Shown piece by piece: positions 37,733-53,604 of a stretch of 64,000 bases of DNA. A program made the translations under genes and the position numbers. The notes below the pieces were generated by a model. The model worked only from the letters and a program-made list of their open reading frames with translations, ran no database searches and was not told the origin of the DNA. How positions within the stretch are numbered: position 1 is the stretch's first letter; the number at the start of each line of letters is the position of its first letter. Location of the stretch: the NCBI GenBank assembly GCA_964016885.1, contig CAXHJY010000307.1, positions 62,001 through 126,000 on the forward strand, written 5' to 3'. Source of the DNA: Eledone cirrhosa. Lineage: Eukaryota.

Positions 37733-38236
37733 TCTCAGTTGCCAATGAAATGTTGCCACTCAGTTGCCAATGAAATGTTGCCACTCAGTTGCCAATGAAA
37801 TGTTGCCACTCAGTTGCCAATGAAATGTCGCCACTCAGTTGCCAATGAAATGTCGCCACTCAGTTGCCAATGAAATGTCGTCACTCAGTTGCTTTGAAAT
37901 GTCGTCACTCAGTTGCTTTGAAATGTCGTCACTCAGTTGCTTTGAAATGTCGTCACTCAGTTGCTTTGAAATGTCGTCACTCAGTTGCTTTGAAATGTCG
38001 TCACTCAGTTGCTTTGAAATGTCGTCACTCAGTTGCTTTGAAATGTCGTCACTAAGTTGCTTTGAAATGTCGTCACTAAGTTGCTTTGAAAAGACGTCAC
38101 TCAGTTGCTTTGAAAAGACGTCACTCAGTTGCTTTGAAAAGATGTCACTCAATTGCTTTGAAATGTCGCTATGCAGTAGTTTTGAAATGATGCTACAGTT
38201 GCTTTGAAATGCTGCAGCTCAGCTGCTTTGAAATGC
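37733..38236. repeat. 24-bp minisatellite (ctcagttgctttgaaatgtcgtca), about 20 units
   Basis: Direct tandem units with no spacers; produces the SKQLSDDI pseudo-ORFs. Confidence 0.95.
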
Positions 38237-38632
38237 TGCTGCTCCGTTTCTTCTTCTTCACCCACTTATTCCTGAGAGGGTCATGGGGGCAGAGTCCACA
38301 AACACTCCCTCCAGTGGGTCCAGTTGGAAGCAACCAACTCCAACTGATCTGGCTGGATCCCCAACTGAGACCAGCCAAGCTCATGGATGTAATCCAACCA
38401 TCTTGCTCGAGGTCTACACCTGGGTCTCCTGCCAGTCGCTTTGAATTAAAAATATTTTTGCTCAAAGCATCAAACATTCTGCTGAGTTGTGGGGAAGAAT
38501 TAAAAGGAACGTTGGGTGAAATTCTAAAGGAAGAATGAAAAACTGGGCAAAACTGAGTGAATGGAACGCAAAAAAAATCAACACAATATTTGTTGGTGAA
38601 AAGTTGCTGGGTGTGGTGGTACATCATCTCAC

Positions 38633-38692
38633 CTTGTTGGGCATAATACCCTGCTTGTGGTGGGGGATAACACCCAAATTGTTGAGGGTATC
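38633..38692 (-). CDS. PLEKHB2: PLEKHB-like exon (GYPQQFGCYPPPQAGYYAQQ)
   Basis: ttcag/gtgaga boundaries, 60 nt, phase 1-1; same composition as neighbouring exons. Confidence 0.8.
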
Positions 38693-39310
38693 CTGAAACG
38701 GATGAGTAGGAGGAACAAATATACCTTTAGATTCATTTAAGAAGTTTTTGTAAAGCAGCAAAAGGTGTTCTCTCATTTTAATTCTTAACATCCTATATCA
38801 CATGAAACTGCATTAGCTAGATAATTTTGAAAAAGTACAAAACATACCTATGACTGCATCACATTAAAAATTAAAGCCTTTATCAAATACTGCAAATTTT
38901 CACAAAACCTCTTCTTAACTAGTGAACTGTTTACTATAAACATTTGAACCAACAAACTACATGAAACTGCATTAGTAAGACATTTTTTAAAAGTATAAAA
39001 CAGCACTAAGACTGTATCACATCAAAAACTGAATTTTTTATAATACTGTAAATCTTCACAATGATCTGTCCACTGGCAAAAACATTATAAACATTTGAAG
39101 TAACAAATGTGCTTTTAGATATTTTCTGCTAAATCATTTAAACATGTTAAGAGTTAAGACATAGGGTATGATTTGAGTGAGCTTTGCTTGCTATATCTAG
39201 CAAGTTGAGTAACTACAAAGAGGCTCTCTGTGAAGTGCTAATAGACATCAATAACATTCAGTGAGTTTATCGGATCAAAATATTCAAAAGGGCAGGGTGC
39301 ACATACTTAC

Positions 39311-39574
39311 CAGCTTGCTGAGGATAATATGCTTGCTGTGGGTAGGCAGCTTGTTGAGCAGGATAACCAGAGTAGGCAGTTGGTTGTGGGTAACCAGCTT
39401 GTTGAGGGTAACCAGCCTGCTGATGTGGGTAACCTGCTTGTGGGTAAGCTGCCTGTTGTGGATAAGGTGCCTGTTGTGGATAAGGTGCTGGTTGGTACCC
39501 ATGTGCACTGGTTGGATAAGCTGGTGCATTAGAAGGGTGAGCTCCTTGGGTATATGGGGATGGTGCAGATGACA
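39311..39574 (-). CDS. PLEKHB2: PLEKHB-like exon with YPQQA(G/P/A) repeats
   Basis: ttttag/gtaagt boundaries, 264 nt, phase 1-1; ORF 39267-39575. Confidence 0.88.
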
Positions 39575-40004
39575 CTAAAACAGAAAATACATACCCAAAG
39601 TGGAAAAAAATTTTTTTTTAAACAAACGCAAATAAACAGAAAACAAACAAACAATTCCTTATATTGCGGCCTCAGGGTTAAGCCAGCAAGCCTAGATAAT
39701 GTGTTATGCTAATAATGATGTGTTTTTTTGTGAGAGAGTTGGGGGTGGGTGGGGGTGATTTAGATAAGAGCTTTTCAAAATCTTCATGTAAGTGCAGGCA
39801 TGGCTGTACGATTAAGAAGTTAGCTTTGCAATCACGTGGTTTCAGGTTTAGTCCCACTACACATCAACTTGATCAAATGTCCTCTACTATAGCCTCAAGT
39901 TGACCAATGCCTTGTGAGTGAAATTTGGTAGATGGAAACTGCAGAAGGCTGCCATGTCATCATCATCGTATAACATCTATTTTCCACACTAGCATGGGTT
40001 AGAC

Positions 40005-40366
40005 CAGGCATGTCAAACTGAAGGTCCCCCAAGGGCCACATGGGTCACATATGTGTGTTTGAGGGCCACACGTGACAACTAATTGTGCACATTACAACTA
40101 ATATTTTTTATTTTATATTACGCTCACGCTGTAAAAACTTTTGTGTCGGCCGCAGGTGTGCTTGTAATGGGCCGCAGGCGTGCTTGTAATGGGCCGCAGG
40201 CGTGCTTGTAATGGGCCGCAGGCGTGCTTGTAATGGGCCGCAGGCGTGCTTGTAATGGGCCGCAGGTGTGCTTGTAATGGGCCGCAGGTGTGCTTGTAAT
40301 GGGCCGCAGGTGTGCTTGTAATGGGCCGCAGGCGTGCTTGTAATGGGCCGCATGTTTGGCAGCCTG
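40005..40366. mobile_element. hAT/Charlie-type MITE containing a 22-bp tandem array (~9 x ggccgcaggcgtgcttgtaatg)
   Basis: TIRs caggcatgtcaaac / gtttggcagcctg; 8-bp TSD ggttagac/ggttagat. Confidence 0.8.
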
Positions 40367-40876
40367 GGTTAGATGGTATGTATATGTAAATGGTGATAAG
40401 AAGGCCATCCAGTCATAGAAAGCTTGCCAAACAAAGAGTTAGTAGGACCCTTTAGTTGTGTCAAGGACATGACAGCCATAGAAAGCTTACCAAACAAGGG
40501 GGTTAGGAGGACCTTTCTGTTTGTGACAAAAGACAAACAACTTTTCTTCTGCACTCGATATGACTGTACGTAAGTGGGATACAGATCCCTCGGCCTGTCA
40601 GGAAGGTCAGTAGCCTTGCTTCAGTACTGACTTGGTCTATGTAGATCCGTCCAACCTTTCCTAGAAAGGAGAGCGGATGTTACCACACCACACCAAATGT
40701 CACCAAACCATACCACATGTCTCCAAACCATACGATGTCACCAAACCATACCATATGTCACCAAATCATACCACATGTTTCCAAGCTATACCATGTGCAA
40801 CCAATCCTATCGTGTCTAAACAAATACACATACACACAGAAATGATATAATAACCAGGTGAGACACTGTCACTTAC

Positions 40877-40985
40877 CTGAATATCCAGCCATTACAGTGT
40901 TAGCTGGATTTGCCTGCATAGTTGGGTATGGTGCTGATACAGCCGCTGGTTTGCCCTGTTGTGACTTGCGAGGAGCTGGCGGTAA
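40877..40985 (-). CDS. PLEKHB2: PLEKHB-like exon (LPPAPRKSQQGKPAAVSAPYPTMQANPANTVMAGYS)
   Basis: tttcag/gtaagt boundaries, 109 nt, phase 0-1. Confidence 0.85.
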
Positions 40986-42258
40986 CTGAAAGATTACATA
41001 ATTAACATGAAGGGGTGTAGCTTAAAAGTTAGGGTGTTGGGTTTCGTCTCACGATTGCTGAGTCAAGTGGCTGATTCACAGACAGTGCAATGATTTGTGT
41101 CCTTGAACAAGACACTTTAATTATATAATAATTGTTTCTACTTTTGGCACAAGGCTAGCAATTACCCAGTGCATTACTGGTACTTTATTTTATTGACCTC
41201 ATAAGGATGAAAGGCAAAGTTTACCTTGGCGGGATTTGAACTCAGAATGGAAAGGGCCATAACTCTATGCGTCAAAGCATGGCGTCCGACCCTCCACCGA
41301 CACTGCCAATCCACTTTAATTATATAATAATTGTTTCTACTTTTGGCACAAGGCTAGCAATTACCCAGTGCATTACTGGTACTTTATTTTATTGACCTCA
41401 TAAGGATGAAAGGCAAAGTTTACCTTGGCGGGATTTGAACTCAGAATGGAAAGGGCCATAACTCTATGCGTCAAAGCATGGCGTCTGACCCTCCACCGAC
41501 ACTGCCAATCCACTTTAATTATATAATAATACTGTCTAGGATGCATATTACTAAACCTTAAAGGATCACAAATTTGTATAATTGAATTAAATATATAATA
41601 ATTACCTGCAATCAATAAATCACTAAACATATTTACTGCATAGAAGTATCTATATGTAAATTTCTGTGATTCTGTCACAACACGTAAAGAGAGAGGAGTA
41701 GTACCTCATACTACTCCTCCTCTTTATGCCTGCTGCCTGTGTGAATGTATGGGTGTGTAAAAGGAAGGAAGGGGATGGTGAAAAACTACGTTGTGTGTGT
41801 GTGTGTGTTTGTGTAAATGTCTGTGTGTGTGTGTGTGTGTGTGTGAATGTATGTCTATTAGTGTGTATTTTTGTAAGCGTGTTTGTGTTTGCACATTTAT
41901 ATTTATATACTCATACATATAAATGTATGCACATACACGTTAGCGTATGGAGAAAAATTCTAGTTGTGGAATTATCTAAAGCAGTGGTGAGGTTCATACA
42001 GATTTAAGACCTGAAATATGATTTGGCATGGGTGCATGTGGACTGTATAGTAGAAAATGCAGGTTTGTGGTCAGAGCAAGAAGTGTCAACTGGATTTGTC
42101 AATTGCCAAACTGTAAGTTTGAATTATATTATTTGGGAGAATGGGACATAAATTGGTAGAAGGGTACACCGATTGCAGGGTTAGGTTAGGGTGTTAAATA
42201 CCCAGGTGTTGTCCTTGTACACACATAAAGAGTTTAACAGAGAGATAGTAATACTTAC

Positions 42259-42286
42259 CACACTGACAATGGCAGACATCCATGAA
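42259..42286 (-). CDS. PLEKHB2: PLEKHB-like 28-nt micro-exon, PH C-terminal helix (SWMSAIVSV)
   Basis: tttttttcacag/gtaagt boundaries, phase 2-0; supplies the conserved PH tryptophan. Confidence 0.82.
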
Positions 42287-42471
42287 CTGTGAAAAAAAAT
42301 GTTATTAATAACAACTAAATATATATATATATATATATATTGATTAATCTCATGAAAGAAAAAAAGCGCTAGATTCAAATTATAAACATTTTATAAAATT
42401 GTTTTACCCGAGTGATAAACAGTGTTTTACTACTTCTTTGGACAATTATACTTTATTTATATACATAGATA

Positions 42472-42523
42472 CAACACACACACACATATATATATACACA
42501 CATATATATATATATATACACAC

Positions 42524-42558
<35 letters not shown>

Positions 42559-42591
42559 TATATATATATATACACACATATATATATATAT

Positions 42592-42622
<31 letters not shown>

Positions 42623-42675
42623 CATACACACACACACATATATATATATACACACACACACACATATATATATAT

Positions 42676-42708
<33 letters not shown>

Positions 42709-42771
42709 CACACACATATATATATATATATACACACACACACATATATATATATATATACACACACACAC

Positions 42772-42802
<31 letters not shown>

Positions 42803-42933
42803 TATATATATATATACACACACACACACATATATATATATATACACACACACACATATATATACACACACACATATATATACACACACACATATATACA
42901 CACACACACACATATATACACACACACACACAC

Positions 42934-42974
<41 letters not shown>

Positions 42975-42976
42975 CA
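42472..42976. repeat. Compound (CA)n(TA)n microsatellite
   Basis: Direct inspection. Confidence 0.95.
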
Positions 42977-43023
42977 TAAACAAATAAATAAGCAAAGAAA
43001 AAAAAAAGTGATGATACACTAAC

Positions 43024-43187
43024 TTTAGTTCGGCGTCATCGTGGAAGAGAAACCATATAATCTTGGCACGGCTGCTAGGTTTGACTGGAATAGCCAGAAG
43101 ATGGTCTAGTTTGGCACTAGCTGGCAAATCAGGCTGGTCTGGCATGCCATTTGTGTACTGGCCAACAGAAAACCATTTGCAAACCTC
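43024..43187 (-). CDS. PLEKHB2: PLEKHB-like exon, PH domain (EVCKWFSVGQYT...IIWFLFHDDAEL)
   Basis: cag/gttagt boundaries, 164 nt, phase 0-2. Confidence 0.85.
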
Positions 43188-45101
43188 CTGTATTAAAAAG
43201 AAAAAAAGAAAAACAAAATAAGCACCCAAAACAAATACCACAAAGTATTTTTCTAATGTTTTAACATTTCTCCCCATCAATAATAATTGTTTCTACTTTT
43301 GGCACATGGCCAGCAATTACCCCAGTGCATTACTGGTACTTTATTTTGTTGACCCCGTATGGATGAAAGGCAAAGGCTGTAACTCTATGCGTCAAAGCAA
43401 GGCGTCCGACCCTCTACCGATACTGCCAATCCACCGCCCATCAATAATAATAATTTAAGAATCAAAGAGGCCATTATCATCATCATTGTTAAACATCTAT
43501 CTTCCATGCTAGCATGGGTTAGACGGGTTTGTCCCATTTAGAGGCAAGTTGGGTCGAGTGACCGAGTCTCACTCATATAGGCCTGTTTCCAGCTGGATGC
43601 CCTTCCTAATGCCAACCACATTTACAGTGTGTGCTGGATGCTTTTTGCCGTGTCTTTTACACTACCACTTTACAGTGTGGGCTGAGTGCTTTTTGTTGTG
43701 ACACCTACACGACCATCAATGAGAAAAAGCCAAAGATAAATAATAGATTGGAAATGCATGAAGCAGATTGGCTACTATAAAAGCTTCACATGTGTATTTC
43801 AGACACGTAGACCAGTTAGGGAAGAACACATTGATCATTTGTTTTTGATTTTAACCTGTCTGTTTCATATTTGAAAAGAGAGTATTAACCCTGAAATATA
43901 CTAGGTAAAATATTACTTTTTTGTTGTTTTATTTGTCATCCTTTGCCCTTTATATATTTTTACATGCTGCAAAGTGGTTGGTGATATGAAGGGCATCCAG
44001 CCATAGAAAGCTTGTCAAACAGAGTTGGGAGGACCCTTTAGTTATGTCAAGGATATGACACCCACCCCTAGTGCTGGTGATCTACACAATACATGCTGTA
44101 AAGAGGTTAGTGTTAGGAAGGGCATCCAGCCGCAGAAAGCTTGCCAAACACAGGGTTAGGAGTATCCTTCAGTTTGTAGCAAAGATATGACTTCTCCTTT
44201 GCAATTGATAATGACTGTATGTAAGCAGGAGACAGATCCCCTCCATGCAAGGATGGAAAAGAAACATTTAACAGTGACAATGGTGATGATGGTTGTATCA
44301 TGGGGGGGGGCTCATATATAGGGATGTAATTTATTCTCGATTTCTTTATTAGCTACAGAAACAGGATTCATATATTCAAGATGTACGTATGGGCAGTGGA
44401 TTGGCAGTATCGGTAGAGCATCCGACAACATGCTTTGTGGCATAGAGTTATGGCCCTTTACGTTCTGAGTTCAAATCCCACCAAGGTTAGCTCTGCCTTT
44501 CATCCTTACTAGGTCGATAAAATAAAATTGATTTAATCGACTTTCCCCTCCCCAAAAATTGCTGGCCTTCTGCCTATAGTAGAAATGATTATGTATGTAT
44601 CCAGGGTGTAGAGTTATGGGCCTTGGTTAACTTTGCCTTTCATCCTTACAGGGTCGATAAAATAAAGTACCAGTAATGCACTTGTGTAATTGCTGGCCTT
44701 GTGCCAAAAGTAGAAACAAATATGTATGTATGCACGAATCCACAACTCCTGATGGAAGTTGTAGGGGTACCATAGTGACATACAACATGTCTTGGGTAGT
44801 TTAAACCTGACAGAGCCCATCCCCTCTCCAGGTTTGAACACAGCTGATTTCTTCCAGAGAAGGATGGATAGAGAGATAGAGAGATAGAGGGGGGGGGGGG
44901 CTAGAAAGATAGAGAGAAGAAGTGAGAGAAAGATATTGAGGAGAAATCAATCCTAGTAGTGGACTGGTACTTCTTTATCGACCTCAAAAGGATGAAAGAG
45001 AAAATTGAACTCAGAATGGCGCAATCAATACTACAAAGCATTCTACCCAACTTTCTAACAATCCCAGCAATTTGCTGTCTGAAAGAAATATGGTAACTTA
45101 C

Positions 45102-45217
45102 CTTCAGTAGAATTTCTCCTTTGGAATCAGAGCCTGTCTGTTTCTTATACCACTTCAAGACTGAATTATTATGTAAAACAACCCAGATTTCTTTCCAGCC
45201 ACCATCCAGGAAACTTT
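45102..45217 (-). CDS. PLEKHB2: PLEKHB-like exon, PH domain (KSFLDGGWKEIWVVLHNNSVLKWYKKQTGSDSKGEILLK)
   Basis: poly-T..cag/gtaagt boundaries, 116 nt, phase 1-0; WK.W.VL....L.WY PH pattern. Confidence 0.88.
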
Positions 45218-46689
45218 CTGATGTTAGAAAAAAAAAAAAAAAAAAAAATGCAAATGTGCTATTTATAGTTTATTCTTTTATTTTACTGGTTTCAATCATT
45301 TGACTGTGGCCATGCTTGGGCACCACTTTCAGGAGGATGGCATTCTTCCACCCTAAAGACCTGGCATGAATGCTTGTAACACAAGGGAACCCTCTGCAAA
45401 AGCTGGTGATGGGGGTTAAATAAAACAATCGATTAAGTTTACCACCCAAGTAGATCATAGCAGGATTTGAACTCAGAACGTAGAAAGTCGTAACTAAATA
45501 CCATAAAGCATTTTTTTGTTTAATACACAACTGAAGCCATCCTTAATAAGGATAATATTAATAATCATTTCTGATATAGGAACAAGGCCAACAATTTTTT
45601 TTATGGAGGGGAAAGTCGATTAAATTGACCCCAGTGCATTACTGGTACTTTATTGTATCAACTCTATGCTGCAAAGCAGAGTGTCCAACACTTTACCAAT
45701 ACTGCCAATCCACAACCCTGATCAATAATAATAATTTTGTGAAATGGACCAAACAAAAATGTGGGGTTTGTGATATTGGTTCCAAGGAGAAGGCAAACTC
45801 AGTTCACAACCAAAACAATAACCACTTCTAACATAAACACCAGCGATACTTTATTTTATCAACTCTGGAAGGATGCAGAGCAAAGTTGACCTCTGTGAGA
45901 TTTGAACTCAGAACATAAAGCACCAAAACAAAATACAAACATTTTATACAAAAGTGTTACATAAAAACTGATGTGGTGTAGTTGTTGGACCTTTGTTGGT
46001 TCTGAAGACCAGTGTTCCAGTTGTTTAGTAAATACAACAGCCTGCTTGTGAGATTAACATGCAAGTGGCTAAGCATTCTACAGACAAATACACTATGTTA
46101 TGCGGAATCTCAGTTAGATTCAGCGTGACAATGGGTATAACAAAGCTGGCCTTTGAAACCACAGGTACAGCTCATTTTTTTCCAGTTGAATGGACGGGGT
46201 ACCGTGCAGTATAGTATCTTGCTCAAGTAGACAAGGCACCAGTGGGAATCAAATTCACGACGTTACAAGCATGAGGTGAACACACTAACCACAATGCCAT
46301 ACACCTGTTGGAATGTACATATAGAATAAATGAGGTAGGAACAGAAAGTAAAACATGAAAAGAAAGGGACCACCACCTACTGAGGATCAGAGCTACCCAA
46401 GTCCCTAACAATCTTACACTATGGGCAGAGCCAGAACTATCATTAAAGCTAATTAGGTAGCAGTCAAGGGCACAGACCTCAGGGAGGCACATTACTAGAT
46501 CTTAAAAGGCCACAGTTTTATACAAATTTGTATAATTAAATAAAATATAAATCTTCTTCTTTCTTGTGGCACTAAACTCCGCCAGTTGCAAACTGCACAT
46601 CAACATGAGATATTTTTCTACATATCAACATGAGATATTTTTCTCCAAAAAGTTTGATCACCAGCAGCAGAGTTTAAAGAGCAAAGATC

Positions 46690-46990
46690 AAGTTTAGTCC
46701 ATAAGTTGACATTATCAAACCATCATTTTGGTCTCTTACCAGCCAACCTTCCTTCCTTCCACCCATCACGAGTTGATATTGTTATATGACAGTATAGTTT
46801 GAGTACTCTTGCCTTGACAATTGATGTAATTGGTCTAAGTTTGGTAATGTTAAGCAGCTCACTGATACAGATACGGTCACTGAGCTGCTTGCCAGTCATA
46901 AGTCTCATGATGTGGTTCTGGAATGTAGAGAGCTTCTGAAGTGACCTTGTCGTCCAATTAATACAGTCAAGACCATATAACACAGGTAGG
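46690..46990 (-). mobile_element. RTE-like LINE 3' fragment
   Basis: LYGLDC..KLSTFQNHIMRLMTG..DRI...IVKARVLKLYCHI..GKRPK. Confidence 0.7.
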
Positions 46991-47286
46991 ATGTAATATC
47001 ATTTGATATATCTTCATTTGATATATCTTCTAAAATTCAATAAATATATCATGAAACATTATTATGGAAATATACAAAGCAGTGGAAGGGTCACATGCTG
47101 TTATGACATGTCACATGATTTGACATGGGTGAGTGAGGGACTTGTAGTGGAAAATGCAGGCTTAGTGATTTTCTTAGTGTGCTCAAAACAAGAAGTGTCA
47201 AAGTGTAATCTAGAAAATATTATATTTCAGAGAATGGGGTAAATAACTAGGAGGGGTGCATAGAATTGTGAGGTGAACACCTTCAC

Positions 47287-47336
<50 letters not shown>

Positions 47337-47353
47337 CAACATGAGATATATAT

Positions 47354-47388
<35 letters not shown>

Positions 47389-47430
47389 CATATATACATA
47401 TATTTATATACCCATAATATATATACATAC

Positions 47431-47480
<50 letters not shown>

Positions 47481-47743
47481 AATACATATATACGTGTATA
47501 TATGTATGTATTTATATATATATATATACAGAACAGTGCATTGAGCCGATGCTTATCTCGGTTTCATGGCATGAAGGAGTACAAGACTTTTCCCTGGACA
47601 GGATGCCAGTACATCGAAGGGTTAAACCCCCAGTTATTGCTGGTAGAATCAAATCCACATGCCTTCACTCATATATACATATATACATACATACATATAT
47701 ATATTTAATAAAATATTTTAGTCTTGAAATTTATTATTATTAT

Positions 47744-47817
<74 letters not shown>

Positions 47818-48044
47818 TGATAGGAAGAAAGGAGCAAAGGAATCTTCCTTTTCTCCTTTCTTCCTATGACTTCTGTGAGCCAACACACTTCTAGCTGCTG
47901 ATTTCTGTCCTTTGAGGTAAATTTTACCAGACGCAGCCATTGACAGCATTTTGCTGTTTTAACAGCTCCCTTGCATTGAGTTTTTCCCATTATCCGACGA
48001 GTTATATATATATGTGTGTATGGAAAAGTAGATGGGAAAATGAT

Positions 48045-50777
<2,733 letters not shown>

Positions 50778-51149
50778 GGGGGGGGGGGGTTGACCGCATG
50801 TTGTAGAGTGTGGTGGAGGGGGAGAAGATATTAAGGAGCGGGAATTAAGAGTTTGAAATAATAACAAATATATTTAAAATATTGTATGAGAGAAGAATAG
50901 GTTTAAGTGAGATCCTCGAATTTAACAAACAAAAATACAAGATTTGTTTAGTAAAATACGCCAAAAACTTTCGTATTTAACATGAAATGACGAAATACAA
51001 GATTTGTTTTGGAAAATACGAGATAGGATACATAGGAAATAGGATGGAATGGCTAGTAGTGAAGAAGAATTGGAATGAGGATAGAAATGCTATAGGGTTT
51101 GGAAGGACTATGAAATTAAGCGGATGTTAGAAAAGTTAGAAAAATATGA

Positions 51150-51226
<77 letters not shown>

Positions 51227-51240
51227 GCATATAATAATGA

Positions 51241-51275
<35 letters not shown>

Positions 51276-51504
51276 AATTATTGCGTACAGTGCTCAGGTG
51301 CACTACAACTCATCAAAGGTGCACGTATAGTACATAGAATAATGTACAAATGTATATGTAGAAAACCTGCCAGACAGTCCTATACAAGTAAAACAACCAA
51401 TCTTGCCTCAAGTGGGACAATTCCCGTGTAAACCCATGCTAGCGTGGAAGATAGACGTTAAACGATGATGATGATGGATAGATATATATGCATATATATA
51501 TATA

Positions 51505-51549
<45 letters not shown>

Positions 51550-52044
51550 AAGAGTATCTTGGTCAGTCAATAAACCTTTTGGCCTATGAACTTTTCAACC
51601 GACATTTGTATGCATGTGTGTGTGTGTATGTGTGTGTGTACGTATGTGTGTGACGGAGTGAATAGAGAACTGGTACTTTAACTTGGACATAATGTGTCAT
51701 ATGTAAAAGTCATTAAGAACTTTGTCAATTTTAAAAGCCACCAAGGCAACTAATTGGATATGAGCACAATTGAGTCTTTAATTAATTCAGACTGGCTGAA
51801 TATATACTTAATTTAATTACATTTAATTACTGCTACGTACAATACTAGAGCCATGTTCATCTTGGTGCCATGTACTCTCAAGTCCCAAATAATGGAGAGG
51901 GGGGGGGGGGATAAGCAAGAGGGTGCAGAAAATCGATAATTTTTCTAGGTTGCCTCCGTTCATTTTTTTTTTTTTGAATACCAGAATTAGTAATTTAGTT
52001 TACATATTGAGACTTCAACTCATCCTATTTATTTTGTTTTGTTA

Positions 52045-53515
52045 GAGTTGCCTACTGACTGTAGGTTTCGCTTTGTACTTAGGCAAGGCGGGTCTTCCGT
52101 ATTACTGTGTAGCGCCAAAGATCTCGGTCCAGTGACATTGTCTTGGAGAGGTGTAAGTGTGTGAGGTCGGAATTTATCAAGTCGTCCCAGGTTTTTCTGG
52201 GTCTGCCTACTCCGTGGCTACCGTCTATTTTTATCGCCCTGCACTTTTTTTATACAGCTGTCGTCTTTCATGCGCATCACGTGACCGTACCAACGTAGTC
52301 TTCTCTCGAGTAAACAACATCTGATCCCTCTTGTTCCTAATTTCTCCCTTAGTTCGTTTATGCTCTGCCGTTCACGTATATTACTATTACACATCCAGCG
52401 GAGCATGCAAGCTTCGTATATCCTCTGCACACAATGCCCAGGTCTCACTGCCATGTAACATTGTTGTTCGTATGCAGGCATCATACATCCTGCCTTTCAT
52501 TTTTAGAGAGAACCCTTTAGCGGCCAATAGTGGTATAAGCTCTCTGAACTTTTTCCATCCCATTCTGACTCTAGCTACTGTACTTTCAGAGCACCCTCCC
52601 CCACTGCTGATTTTGTCACCCAGGTAACGGAAGGTGTCTACTATTTCTATAGAACCATCTGTGCAATGGAATGAGCTAGTATTCTGTGGGCACTTGCTGC
52701 TACTTATTGCACCAGAACACCGGCCACATATAAAATCTATATTCTTAGTTAGCTTACCTGTGATCCCACTACATCTTTTATGCACCCATACTTTGCATTT
52801 GGGACATAAAATGGAGTTTCTGCCTACTCCTTTCCTACACACTGAGCATGGCCATTTCCCAGATGGGACCGGTGCCCTATTTTCCTTCCTACAAACTAGA
52901 ACTTTAGTCTTAGACAAGATAACTGTAAGGCCTTTTGATTCTAGGCCATGCTTCCATGTTTGGAATTTCTTCTCTAGTTCAGCCATTGATTCAGCTATGA
53001 GCGTTAGATCATCTGCATATAGGAGTTCCCATGGGCAGCCGATCTTGAACTCCTCTGTTATAGCCTGAAGGGTAATAATAAATAGTAGGGGGCTAAGAAC
53101 GGAGCCCTGATGAACACCAACTTTTACGCTAAACTCTTCACTATATTCGTTGTTAATTCTAACCTTGCTGACTGTTTCTTTATACATGGCTTGTATAGCT
53201 CTCACAAGCCATTCATCAACACCTAGTTTTCTAAGCGCCCACCAGATAATGGAGCGGGGGACTCTGTCAAAGGCTTTCTCCAAGTCGACAAAAGCTAAGT
53301 ATAAGGGTTTACTTTTAGCTAGGTACTTCTCTTGTAGTTGTCGTACAATGAAAAGAGCGTCTGTGGTACTTTTACCTGACACAAACCCGAACTGCATTTC
53401 ATCTAGATCAATTCGTTCTCTGATTAGTTGCGCTATTACTTTTTCTGTGACCTTCATGACCTGGTCGATTAATTTAATGCCTCTATAGTTACCCCTATCA
53501 AGAGCATCGCCTTTA
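52045..53515 (-). mobile_element. 5'-truncated RTE-clade LINE (RT with Cys-rich PHD-like insert)
   Basis: MQFGFVSGKSTTDA, FVDLEKAFDRV, GVHQGSVLSPLLF, LLYADD, RRLRWYGHVMR; one frameshift near 52410. Confidence 0.95.
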
Positions 53516-53561
53516 CATATATATATATATATAAACGTTTAACCATCTGGCAGGAAGGTAT

Positions 53562-53604
53562 ACGTTGCTGACAATAGCTAATAAGCTTGAAACTAGTACA
53601 GTGT
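53562..53604 (+). ncRNA. Decayed minimal hammerhead motif
   Basis: ACGUUG-CUGACAA-uAGCU(aaua)AGCUu-GAAA-CUAG-UA/CAGUGU; core G8 has changed to A. Confidence 0.45.

Noticed and set aside
37733-40366. 24-bp and 22-bp arrays as CRISPR or coding repeats
   Set aside because: No unique spacers, no cas genes, eukaryotic intronic context.
44391-44490. tRNA genes
   Set aside because: A/B boxes belong to SINE heads followed by SINE body; no cloverleaf or acceptor stem.
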